DNA of 64,000 bases from Octopus bimaculoides. Taxonomy: Eukaryota. The notes below the pieces were generated by a model. The model worked only from the letters and a program-made list of their open reading frames with translations. It searched no databases and had not been told where the DNA came from. The DNA lies in the NCBI RefSeq assembly GCF_001194135.2, contig NC_068982.1, forward strand, positions 150,826,442 to 150,890,441, written 5' to 3'. Below are positions 40,101 to 53,800 of this stretch, piece by piece (the stretch's first letter is position 1; each line of letters opens with the position of its first letter). A program made the position numbers and the translations under genes.

Positions 40101-43100
40101 ACACACTCACACATATACTTATTTATTGAATTCATTTACCTCCATAAACTTGTGGAAATAAATACTCATACACAGTAGACATACTTGTAAATACAACCTT
40201 GTGTCATTATGCATGCACTAAAGAGATACAGCAGAGAAAGGAAATTACAGAGCTATCAAATTGTCGAACCAGGTTATGGATACCTCTGTAATTTCTTTTC
40301 TCTGGTGCATCTCTTTAGCAGTAGAGATGGGTGTCCTAAAATGTGTCAGCCAGAATAAGAAGTGGCTGGAGAATTTTTTAGGGAGCTATTACTTCTGCTG
40401 GCACAAAGGGCCATTGCTCTGAAAATCAAAAGTGCTTTTGTGTAAAGTGCATTGTTGTGTGGCAATGAGATGTGGGCTTTGATTGAGGAGGACCTGTGAA
40501 GACTAGAAAGAAATGAAGCCAGCATACATTGCTATATGGACTAGTGCAGTCAATGATGAAGTATAACTGAACTGAGAGATTTGTGTATAAGAGGAGTCAG
40601 CTGTAGGGTTCAAGAGAGGAGACTGCACTGGTAAAGGCATATGGTGGAAATGAAGGATGCCAACTGCACAAACAAGTGCTCGAGGTAAAACAGGTGAAGC
40701 CACACATGACCTGGCACTCCATCAATGACATTGATGAGGTTTCCAGTTGAACTGAACAATGGAACAGCCAGCTCATGAAATTAAGATGCAAGTGGTCGAG
40801 CACTCTACAGACACACGTACCCTCAACATAGTTCCAAGGGAGATTCAGCATGACAGGATGTGACAAGGCTGGTCCTTTGAAGTACAGGTACTACTCATTT
40901 TTTCCAGCTGAGTGGACTGGTGACTGGAACACTAAAATAAAGTGTCTTGTTCAGGAACACTAAAATAAAGTGTCTTGTTCAGGAACACGTGTCATTAGGA
41001 ATCAAACTCACAACCTTATGATTATGAGCTAAATATCCTAACCATTAAACCACATGCCTTTACAAAGCCACACATAACTGAACGTTTAATCTGTACATAT
41101 TGAATCTCTACTTCCATTGACAATATCTTATTACTCTTTTTCATCTCTACCCTTCCTATTCTATGCTAGCTGGCAAGTGTTTGTGCAAATTTTCTTTTCA
41201 GGTGATGACAGAAGTTGCACAATGATTGCCTTCCCACTGTCACTCCCAAGTACACAATTTCAGGGCCGCTACCATCAATGTTAGCACAATGAAAGGAAGG
41301 AGTGGCGAGATTACTGAAATGCTGGAGCAATGCCATGTTGATGAGTATTGTGTGCAGATGGAAAGTAGATTCCTCATGGGTAAGAAACAGGGTTTTAATT
41401 TTTTATGGGTAGGCGGGAGTGATGGAGTAGGTGGTGTAGCCATGCTGTTAGCAGAAAAGTGGGTAGATAAGGTAACTGAGGTAGTTAGAGTATGTGATAG
41501 GGTAATTAAGCTGAGACTTAGCATAGATAAATTAACAACTACATCTATCTCTGCTTATGCTCCTCAGTCTGGGATGGCTGATGAGCACAAAAGACCAATT
41601 CTATGAGGTCCTTTTGCAGACTACCTCAACGACAAATGACAGAGACGTTTGTATTGTGGCTAGTGACATCTATGGACATGTTGGACAGCATCCCCATGGA
41701 TTCCATGGAGTGCATGGTGGTTATGGCTTTGACCCTAGGAATGCTAGAGTTCTGTGATGCAAATGATCTCATGATCTGCTACACTAACTTCAGAAAACCT
41801 GCCAGTCACCTAATTACTTATCATTCTGGGCAGTGCATAAGTCAGACTGATTACTTCCTCACCAGCCAACAAGATAAACAGATACTTGCAAATACAAAGT
41901 TTTTCCAAGGTAAAGAGTGTACAACCCAACATAGGTTACTAGTTAGTGACTTCAGAATTAAAGCTAAAAAGACTCAGAGAAATAAACTATTCTGGAAAAG
42001 AAGATTATGGCAGCTCAAATACCCAGCAAACAGACAGACATTCAGAGATATCCTAATGGAAGCTTCTGATGAAAGAGAAGAAGAGTTGGGAAATATAGCT
42101 TAGAGGACAATCAGAAGTTCCAGCAGGACAATCTACTGAGGGCTACAGACAAAATCTGTGGTTGGTGCAGAGTCCCAGCTTGACCAAGGTGGAACAAGAA
42201 GGTAGACAGTGTTATAAAAGCAAAGAGACAGATCTGGGAAGACTGGAAAAACAGTGGAAGCAGAGAATTATATCAGGTAGCCAAAAGGGCAGCTAGGTGT
42301 CAGGTTTACATTGCAAAAAGAATAGCTGAAGGTAAGAGATTTACAAATGTTCTATAGTGTAAGGATCGGAGGTGTGAGGTATTCAGGATTGCAAAGCAGT
42401 GTATCGGAGAAAATAGAGATGTGGTGAGTGAGAAATGTGTATGACTGGCATGAAGAGGCTGTCTTTCAGTATACAAAGGTATCTTGACTTCTAAAAATAA
42501 TGTAATGGATAAATGTATAAAGATAAAGAGCTTGATAGAAAAATGTTATCGTCTCTAGGCCAAATTCCTTCTTTCAGCTAATGACTGAGCTTGACCTTGG
42601 TTTGACCAACAGCAGTTAAAGGCACACACACACACACAAACACATATTTCTAATTCTAAACATATTTCAGTGAGGCTTTGAAAGCAAGCAAGTAAAAAAA
42701 AAACTTTTGAATTTAGTTTTAATTATAAAATTACATCTCTCAATAGCTAAACGCATTCTTTTTCAGCTTTAGAATTATTGCATATATATTCAAATGTTTC
42801 TTAAAATTGAACCTTTTTTCTTTCTTATTTTTTCACATAATTTCTGTTGTTCTGTCAAACACTTGGAATTACTGAATGAAAGCGGAGCAAAATTGGTAAC
42901 TGGGTCAAAATCAATAATTTCTGATTTCTTGTTATTTTCTTTCATTTTGTACTATTGCACCATCTTTGGGAGTAATGGTTGGTCAGTACAGGTTACATGG
43001 TTGGGAGTAAAAATTGGTCAGTATAGTTTACATAGTTGTTGTTGAAGTTGAAAGTTTGAAACATAGGTGACAGGTACTATTTTCAAGAAGTTTTTCCTCA

Positions 43101-44810
43101 AATTTGACCTGATTGTAATTGAGGTAGCTGATAAAATATCTGGATAAGCTATAGTGAAGAAGCTATAAAAAATATTTTATGGTGAGTTTTTAAATTTAGT
43201 TGAGTTTCATTAATTTAATATTATGTGTGATTTTTTCCATAATCCTCTTTCATTTGACCAAGATCTTTTAAATTTTGTTGCATTTCTGATGTCTAAGGAT
43301 GGATGTTTATGTCTATGACACTTTTTTCAAATTTAATTCTGGAGAACTGGAAGGGCATATTTACCTTGTCTTGTCTTATCCATTTTGCTCCGTCTAAATT
43401 TGTCTTTTATATGCTCAAAGAGAACAGTGATAATTTTCTGAAATAGTGTTCTGAATATGTTATAGGTTTTACTGCATTTAGAGAAGGTCTTTATTTTGCT
43501 GATATAGTTTTGGCAAGGTAGTAAGTATTTGTAAAGAATATATTTTCTTCAAAGTCAAAAATGCAGTAAATATTACTCGTTGTGTCCCACCTACTCTTAC
43601 TGGAAAGTGGAAAAGCAGGCTTTCAGAAACAGCTGTTTGAATTTCCCTGTTTTTGTTAAGGGTTTCCCCTGCTTTTTATAATTTTTTTTTCATGCATTGC
43701 AAAACAATGAAGGGAAGCCATTTTAAAAGAAGAATTTTAAAAATCCATGTCTTTTAAATGTTGGTATCTCTATCCTCTCTCTCTCTCTCTCTTATACACA
43801 CACAACACACACACTCATCATGGCTTTGAAACAGCAACAACCACAAAAACGATATTTTCTTTTTTGTAATTTTCTGTCATTTTATCTTATTCTACATTCT
43901 GAAACATTAACCCTTTTGTTACTGTATTTATTTTGAGATGCTCTATATTTCTTTCAATTACTTTAAATATGACAAAGAATTTAGTAAAATAACTTAGTTA
44001 TCATTCAGCTAGTGTTAGGAACATAAATTGTGACTAAGGTTTAGTGGAAGATTTTAATTCAAAACTTATGAAAACAAAACATTTGTACTCAGAGCCAGAG
44101 CTGGTTTCAGCCAGGTTGGTAATGTAAGGGTTAAAAGAAAAAAAAATTTACCCTACTCTTCCCCGCTTCATTGTACTTTTCATAATGAAGAGAAAGTGAA
44201 ACACTGCAAGTGGATGTGCAAAATATGAAACCTGAATTTTGAAAAAGTGTACCCATAAAACAACATTTTCAGTCATTTATTTATACTTTCTTTGCTAACT
44301 CATCAAATTCAGTTATTTGAAATAGATGTGTTTTGAGATTTAAATTTGATAATTTTCTAAGATTTTCATTCTTGTGTATAAGGGGCCCACCGAACTTGAA
44401 GTGCCATCGAACTTTTAATACAGAGAATGAAGTTGTTAGTGATAGGAAGGGCACCAAGCTATAAAAATATCAAAAAAGAAACATTGATATGACATGGCTC
44501 TACAAAACATTGCACATGCATTCTATCTAGGAGGATAGTAAATCTGAATAAGAACTGATACAGGGTAGAAGGGACTGTTTAGTTCTCCTGGATAAGAGAA
44601 CCTTCTCTAGTGCTGGGGTAATGATAAAATGCTACTGGCTGACATTCTAAGACATGCACAACAACAAAAACAGTTAGCTGTGTGTGCTAGATGATGTGGA
44701 CTGTAATGAATGACAAGACTCATCAAACACATGCTAGAAGAGAAAAATGAACATAATGTGACAATTACGATAACATAGATATGTAAATGTTTAAGAGTTT
44801 GTGAAACCAC

Positions 44811-44866
<56 letters not shown>

Positions 44867-47800
44867 GAGCTTTATGCACTTGATTATGATAAAGTATCAT
44901 CAGAAACCAACTTGGGCAATGAGATACAGGCTTCAAAGATCAAGTTCATAAGCACTCCTTGTCAATCTCACTCACAAGAAATGCATTGAACAATTGACTA
45001 GCATGTTGATACCTCATAACAGACAATACTGTTGTTCCCAAGTGCATGAAATATCATGTGATCATGTGGCCAACCAGACTATCAGATGTTACATATTGCT
45101 GACTCCAATGTAGTTTGCATTGAATGCCTTTGAATGATGCCACCCTGCTAGCAGGCCAATGTTCCCCAATAATTGAAAGAGATGATGGGAGCAACATGAA
45201 ATGAAGTGTTTTGTGCTGCCTGGGAATTGAACCCACGATCTAGCGAATGTGAGTGCAACAATCTTAACACAAGGCCATGCACCTTCACACATGAAACATA
45301 TAAACTAAAAATAAAATATGTGCAATAATATATAAATATTTGTGGGTATGTGTCTATGTGTTCCCACAAGTATGTTTATATGCGTGAGTCTGTGTGTATT
45401 ATGTGTTCATGCCTCTACAAGTGTGTGTGATATATACATATATACCATCATCATTTAATGTCCACCGTTCCTTGCTGGTCAGACAGAATCTCTGTGACCA
45501 GATGCTCTTCCTGTCACCAACCTCACTTATTTCCAAGCAAAATAGTATTTCTCCATAGCTAGACAATTTTTCACAGAAAACTGGAAATGAACAGCGTTGT
45601 TTGTATGACAGTGATGCTCATTTATAACAATTGTGACATTTAGACAAAGGTACACACAAAGAAATACACATGCATACACACACACACATGCACATGTACA
45701 CAATGGGCTTCTTTCAATTTCTGTCTACCAAATCTACTCATAGGGCTAGGTTGGCCTGGACTATAGTAGAAGACACTTGCCCAACCTGTCACACAGTGGG
45801 ATTGAACTCAAGACTACATGGTTGGAAAGCACGTATCTTAACCACACAACCACATCTCTGCCTGGAGCCATGCCTTTGCCAATTATTCTGAACTATGCCT
45901 GGTCTACAAAGACATCATCATCATCATCATCATCATCATTATTAACGTCCACATTCCATGCTAGTCTGGGTTGGATGGTTTGACAGGATCTGCTGGGTCC
46001 AAGGACAGCAACATCCTCTAACGTCTCCTTTAGTATGGTTTCTACAGCAGGACATCCTTTCTAATGCCAACTACTTTTGTACTGGCTTCATTTTTTGTGG
46101 CATCAGCACTAGTGAGGTCACCATGCAGCTTGCAAGATTAAAATCCTCTTTGACCACACCACACACACACACACACATATACTCCAGTTACTTACTGAGC
46201 AGCTGTTCTCAGAGTCCTTTCAGCATCAAGAAGGTTTTCTTGCAGCTCTGCTTTTTCACTATTATTTTGTTTTATTCTATTCTTCACTTCATATAATGAT
46301 TGTTCTTTAGTCTTTAGAGTATCTTGGCACTTGGATAAAGTCTAAAAATACAGGCCGTAACAGACAATTTAGACATCAGAAAAGAATGAGAAAAGTAATT
46401 TATCAAAGATTTTAGCTTCATCACAAAACACTTAGATAACCCCTAGCATGTTTTTTGGGAGCACAGCATTTCCTCTTCTGAGAGTGACATGATACTTGGA
46501 CGAACAATATCTTTCATATTATTTTTTAATAACATCTATTTTGCCTTCCAGAGATTGGCAAACCTATTCATCTATGACATGCACAAAAGATGTTCTTTTG
46601 CTTATGGATATATTGTCATTTCTGATGTTGATACTGTCCTTGTAGATTATGTTAACGTCTTTGTTTCAGTAAGTTACTTTTGTTATGGCTGCTACTACAT
46701 CCACACTCAAGTAATCCAACATCACATTCACTCAGCCATCCTGCCTCTATCTTGTTGGAATGAAGAACCATTGATGAAATGAATTTCTTCAGTGTCTTCT
46801 GCCATCTATATAACAAACAACCCACAACAGCAAGAGATGTGCATTTAATATTAGTCAATGCACTTTCACCATTGGTTCCTCTCCATGATAACATCAGAAG
46901 ATTCATTAAATCTAATATTGCATCATGCTTGATCATCATTAATTTAGGAAATGTATTTCTTTTGCAAAATTCTACCAATAATATAATGCTCTGTTGCTTT
47001 ATTTTTATGGTTCAAAAGACTAGTTAGTAGTATATTTGGACCTCTGAAAACTGTCAAAAGCTATCAACAGAGAAAAGTTTGCATTCTGGGAAATGACTTC
47101 CAAGTCAAAATTATAAAAAAGAATGATACTTAGCAAGGGTTTTTATAATTGTCCTTGACTTGCTACTACAGAGTAGAACTGTTTAAATGCAAGTTTCAGA
47201 AAGAAGTATTTTAGTTCTATTACTGATTGAATGATTCCAAAAAATATAAAGTTTATATGCTTTCCCCCTATTCTAATTGGCGTCTCTGTTTAAAAACATT
47301 TCTATCTTCTGCCATTTCACACAGAGGATAGCAAAACCTGTGACAAAAAGGAAACTGGACTTCTGAGATTGTGAAGTTTAGGTCATCAATGAACATAACT
47401 TTGATTTTTATTCCCACTTTTCAGATATAGTTTCAAAACTTGTCTATTGCCTTTAAGCAGCCAAAGGGCTATCACTTAAAATTACAGTAATTTCAGCAAA
47501 TCTAATACAGGAAGTTTTACAGCAAGCAATCTACTCAAAAGCTTTCTCTTGATAGTGTATCAATCTTCTTGCAGAGATATATCTATAACATAATCCATAA
47601 CAATTATGCAAGTGTGTCACCTTGAAGTATTTATGAAGAAGACACCTCAAATTTGTTATACTGCCTGAAGGAAATTCAAACATCACTATTGGTACATAGT
47701 CATAATAGCATTAATGCATGAATTTGGCACTTCATAGAAATTAACTTGTCTTAAATCAATCCTGTTTACACAGTCAGATGTTATAGAATTGCCCACAAGG

Positions 47801-50800
47801 GTTATCACAAGGTTACATTTTTGATGATACTAGATTTCAGCCACACTAGCTGCTGATTATCTTGGTTATCTGTCCTACCTAATATGATTCTGATCAACAA
47901 TGTATTAAACCTTAACAATACATACTTCAGTAACTTCTGATAATATATTTCCTTTCTGGACAACTTTGTTATTCTGTTCCTGAAGCTGTGATGATATTTC
48001 TGTCAGCTGAGCAGATTGCTCTTTCAGCAGTTGATCATTCCGCTGTTCTCGAAGCATAGAAGATTTTAGTTCAAATACAAGTTTCTCAAATGTCTCCACT
48101 GATATTTGCTGCTGTTGCTAAACACAAACAACGAGAAACAAAAATGAAATTCGTCAAAATTAAGCCATACAACAGTGATTTCAATATAACAGAAATAAAT
48201 AAATACTGAAGAGGTTGCAAGATGCAATGGAAATTTTAGAGAAAATAAATAATGAGTGCAATGAGTGGAAATGAACCGGTGAGTGTGTTAAGTAATAGAG
48301 AACTAAAAGAGAAAAACTCTCCCCAGACAATAAAATAATAAATAACATTCATATAAATAGCATTGCATATTAAAAAAAACAAAAATTAATAACAGTTTAT
48401 TCATATAAGGGACTTTTTTGAATGGAGAAATCAATAACTACTCATGTTATTCAAAAACAAAAACCTGTTTTTCCATTTCTCATTTTCTTTTTAAGATGTT
48501 TTAAGACTACCATAAAAACCCATGTAATTTGTGCACCTGTGTAATTTACGCAGGTGATTTTCAGGATAAAATTTGTTAAAAAAAAGCTTCTACTCATGTA
48601 AATTCGCACCCAAAAGTTTCAGAATTGCCGATATAGCCAGGAGAAAAAGGCTTTGAATTTAGTTGTATTTAGCATAATTTCACTTACTTATGATTAGATT
48701 TTATTAAATTTTCAATGAATAAAAATAATTTCTGTTTAACAGGTATCACATTGAAAGCTATTAAATTACAAAATATTTGTGTTGTTTATAATAAACTTTA
48801 TTTAACATTTCTTGCCCACAAGAGATTATGTCCGATCTTTAGCACACTGCTGTGTGTCTTCTCAAATCATGATCACAGGAAAAGTTGTTGATAAGAATTA
48901 CTAACAAAAACAAAGCAGGTGTTGCAAATTAAGTTTAATTACCAATAAACATCAGCTTGGATGACACTTTACTCAACTGACAGAAGAAGGTGACTGATCA
49001 AACTGATTATGTAAACAGAATTCTTTTCCACCTATTCTTGTCGGAACCTTTGACACAGAGTATCGAAATTTTAATCCCTTTCACACTTATAAAATTTTAA
49101 GCAAACTTAAAAATTTGTCATTACCATTATTGTCTGCCCATTCACAGTCGCCAGCCACAAAGAGAAGGTCCCAAGCATTTGGATCACACTCCTTCACTTT
49201 CACACCCACATTTTTATGGTACATATTACAAGACAGGCACAACTGATGTCCAGTCTGGGAGGCCTGCAGATAGATATCAATCTGCAGGACAGTTTGGGCA
49301 TACTGTTCTTTCACTAACTTAAAAAAAGTAACCATTCCCCACAAAAATTAAAAAAACTCAGGTATCTTTTCTTTTTGTTTAACACAGAGTCAGTTGCTAC
49401 AAGGCAAATGGTAAATATAATTGACTGAATTAATTCCAAAATATTACTGGAACTTGTGTTATTGATTCTGGATTGAGGAAAGATCTAGTCAATTCTGGTG
49501 AGATTTGAACATGGGGTAGAGATAGATGAAACTAAATATTCTGTGGTATTAAGTCTGACACTTTTATCTTGGTTTAGTATCCCTGTTTCTGATTTTCTTT
49601 TTTACTAGACACGAATAATTTTTGTAGGGAGGGAGGAATAGTCCATTTCACTCAATCAAAATATATTACAAGTTAATGAAGGAGCCTTTACACGATCACC
49701 CAACCTGCTAGAAATAACAGCTATATCTCTACTCTCTTATATAAAAAAGGGTACACTGGATAATGTAGCTTACATACAAAATGACAGGATAGTTATAATA
49801 TATATTTTATGCACAACACAGTGTGAATCAGAAGTATTGAAATAAATTTAAATAATAGAAAACCGTTAGCTGAATGTAAATATATTTCTTCTATGCAGAG
49901 AAAAGGAGTCTCCTGATAGATTGTTTCATGATTTGTTGATTACATCTCAGAGAAGATTACTTAATCTCCTGTCCCAGCAAATAGAATAAGTGTCAACTGC
50001 TATATATAACAGTAAGCTACTAATCTACCATCATGGTGGGTAGCTTAATTTGCATATTTCTGTTTTAACTTGCTTATCATTAAGTAAACAATATATACTC
50101 TATACACAACAAAATGTGAATCAAAATACTTAAATAAATTTAAATATTAAAGCCATTAACTGTGACTAAACAACTACATAAAAATGTAAACATTCATATG
50201 TTGTGCATAAATTGTCTGTTGTTTACTTAAAGTCATTTAAAGCACAAAATATGCAAACTAGGATGGTCATAATTGAAAATAGATTTGCTTTATCATTGAA
50301 GTTAAAGAGACACCACAACTACACAGCACTAAGCATATTCATGAGCATCTATGACATACTAATAAAGAAAATTAAAACCAACCAGCAAAAACATTGAAGG
50401 ACGTTGGCGTAAGTTATACATGAACTTGTTTTTAAAACTGCATGATTTTTGCCATGCATGCTCAAATTACAGACTAGCCTCACCTGTAAGCATGCTTATA
50501 GAGAACAAGCAAAATCAATATCAAATAATTCAGCAGAATAATTCACTCCAAGGTCTGTGTATTTGAATTTGGTACATAAAACACATGTATAAAATGGAGT
50601 AAAGCATGGGAAATTCCATATCACCAGAAATGAATAAATTAGTAGTCAATAATTAGTGCAGTTAAGTGAAAGATACATTGTAGTTGGTAATTTAACTTGA
50701 TATACAATTGAAATGAGAAAAGATATCTTAAGAGTACCCTTTCATGCAGTTGCTTTAGCTGTTCTTGTAGATGGAAAATAGTTGATTTATCAAGTTCAAA

Positions 50801-53800
50801 CTGTTCTTTTTCTTGTGCAGATTTATCTTGCTTCTGCTTCAACTGTTGTAATTGTGTTGTCATTTCCTGAACATGTCTATTTAAATCAGAAGTGTAGTTT
50901 TGTAGAGATTGTATCATATCCTTGAAAGAAACAAAGAAACAAATACTGAGATGAATATTATATTACACAACCATTATATAAATATAATTAACCAGGACTG
51001 GAGAAAAAAATTCAGGTGTAGAAGCAAGGCCTGGAATCAAAGGGCTTTAGAGTTGATTTGGCAAAAACTAAAATCTTAGTAAGTAGGAATCAGACAAATC
51101 ACAAATTCCTTCAAGTAGATGGCCCTGCTTGATATGTAGAAAAGGCATAGGTGCAAATTCCATAATGTGACCCAGTGCAAGCTATGGACAGGTAAGAAGT
51201 GCAACAGTATCAGTGGAAGGTTAACAGGGAAAATAGTCTTTGTGTGTGGTAGATGTACAGGTGTAATAAACACTAGAAATGTACAGAAAATAGATTCCAT
51301 CAATTGTCAGGGAGGGATACCTAAAAGTAGTTGATAGTTTTCACTATACAGGTGACCAAGTTAGAAGCAGAGGTGAATGCTCCCAGAGTGTAGCTGCTAG
51401 AATAAGAATAGGCTGAGCAAAGCTCAGAGAGCTTCTATCTTTGTTGGTAACAAAAGGGAATCTCTCTCAGAGTGAAAGGTAGATTGTATGAGGCTTGTGT
51501 GTGAACAGCCATGCTTCACAGCAGTGAAACATGGGTTGTGACAGTAGAGGACATGCGAAGGCTTGAAAGAAATGAAGCTACTAGGCTTCGCCTGATGTGC
51601 AATGTCAGTGTGCATGTACGACAGACTGTAAGAGTCTTGAGAGAAAAATTGGGCATAAGAGACATCGAGTATGGTGTGCAAGAGAAATGGCTGTGCCGGT
51701 ATGATCAAGGGATGCATGCAGATGAGGATAGCTGTGTAAAGAAGTGCTGATCTCTAACTGTAGAGGGAACCTGTGGAAGAGGTAGACCCAGGAAGACATG
51801 GGACAAGGTAGTGAAGCATGATCTTCAAATGTTGGGTCTCATGGATGCAATGACAAAGTGATCAAGACCTTTTGTGATTTTTCTGTGCTTGAGACGACTC
51901 GTCAAGCCAAGTGTGGCTAGTATTGGTGACACCTAAAAGCACCTGTGCTGATGACATGTGGAAACAGGAGTGCTGGTGACATGTAAAAGCACCTGTGCCG
52001 GTGACACATAAAAGGTAACCACTATATTCTTGGAGTGGTTAACATTAAGAAGGGCATTCAACCAGAGACACTGAACCAAAATCAGACTGGAACCTGATAC
52101 AGCTCTGGTTCAGCAGTTCCAGTCAAACCATCTAACCCATGCCAGCATGGAAAGCAGATGCTAAATGATGATGATGATGACGATGATGAATCATAAAACA
52201 ATTGGGACAATCACAGGGATTGTATCACTCTCTTTATATCATAATCTCCGTTCACCTAAGTTATGATTCATATAACCCGCAGAAGAGCAAACAATAACAA
52301 AACATGATAATAAAATTACTAAACACAGATACAAATAAAAAAATAAGAAACATCTATATGATAGGACATCTTATTAGAAAGAATCAAATTCTTCTCAGAT
52401 TGCACCTACAATCTTAAAAAAGGATACATTAGATGATATAGTCCAAGACAAACCATGCCAGCATGGAAAGCAGACATTAAATGATGATGATGATGTTGAT
52501 AATGATGACACATTATGCTTAAATCAAAAACATGAAAAAAATAACCAAGATGAAATGGTCATGACAGGAATGCTGTTGATCAACATGTTGATCAATGGGG
52601 GTGGCCAATCTGGAGTAAAACTAAACTACAAAACCAATAATCAACAACCATAACTTTCTACTTAGAACAATAACACAAAGGAAATGTTTGTCCTCTACCA
52701 TTTTCTAAAGTATCATGTAACATTTTCAGATTCAATCTAAAAGGTAGCCAATTTAGAAACTAACCAAAAACTATAAATAATCTCACCAGCTAAACACCTA
52801 CACTCTCAATGTGTTTGTCTACTGTCCATTACAGACTTTAATGCAACATATGCCTTATCCAGCATCTATTTTTACTATCCTACTCCTTACTGACAATAAA
52901 CAATGACCTTTCTAAAGAGTAGATGAATGGCTCAATATTAGAGAAGCATACAACAGACTATAACTGATAAGCTGTAGGAGGCTTTATAGTTTCATTCTGG
53001 TAATGCTATAGAAGACTTTTGCATTACTCAAAGCTTTAGGATATGCAAACTAGGCAGAAAAGTGGTAAAAACGTGATAAAAGGTAATTCAGTATCAGGTT
53101 AATGAACTCAGAAACAACCAAGAATTTAAATGATCATTCTTTTGATGTAACTCTATTTAAAACTCATTTGGGTTAAACAATGACAACAGCAATAGAAGTA
53201 GTAATCAACAATAATCTTTCCATAATTGGTTGTTTATTCCATAAATAAACATCTGATAGGAACTAGAACAAACGACCAACTGATTTAGTTAAAGCAATAC
53301 ATTACATGAATACATGCATACAGTATTGCTTTATTCTCTTACTGGCTTCAATGAATAAACTGTGGCTATGCTGGAGCATTACTTTCTAAGGTATAAGTTA
53401 TAGGATTACATCAATCATATTGCTTAGTTGTCAGCTGGTATTTATTTCATTGACCTCAGAAGGGTGAAAAGCAAAATGGACCTAGGTAAGATTCAAACTC
53501 AAAAGCTAAAGGGATGTGGGTTGATAATAAATATTACCAAATATTTTGTTTGATGTTCTGCTAATTCTGCTGGCCATGCACTATAACAGAGGAAAACAGA
53601 ATTGCATTTTGCTTTTAGATTACATACTTACTTTCTGGTATAGTAGAGTATTGGTGGTAGCTTGTGGTCTAATTCTTAGCTGTGTCTGCAAGCCACAAGC
53701 TAGTCTAGAGATTAGAGAGTCTCTACTAGTTAAGCCATTTGATGAGATCATATAATTGGTATTCTGAAAATTCTGTACAAGAATATTGGCAATTTGGCTC

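Noticed and set aside
42745-42775. EKECV peptide resembling the small CCDC171 exon
   Set aside because: Followed at once by a stop; 39935-39881 fits phase and length.
51945-51975. CTGATGA..GAAAC as a further hammerhead
   Set aside because: No credible helix II, III or I; a variant of the SINE gtgacacgtaaaagc unit.
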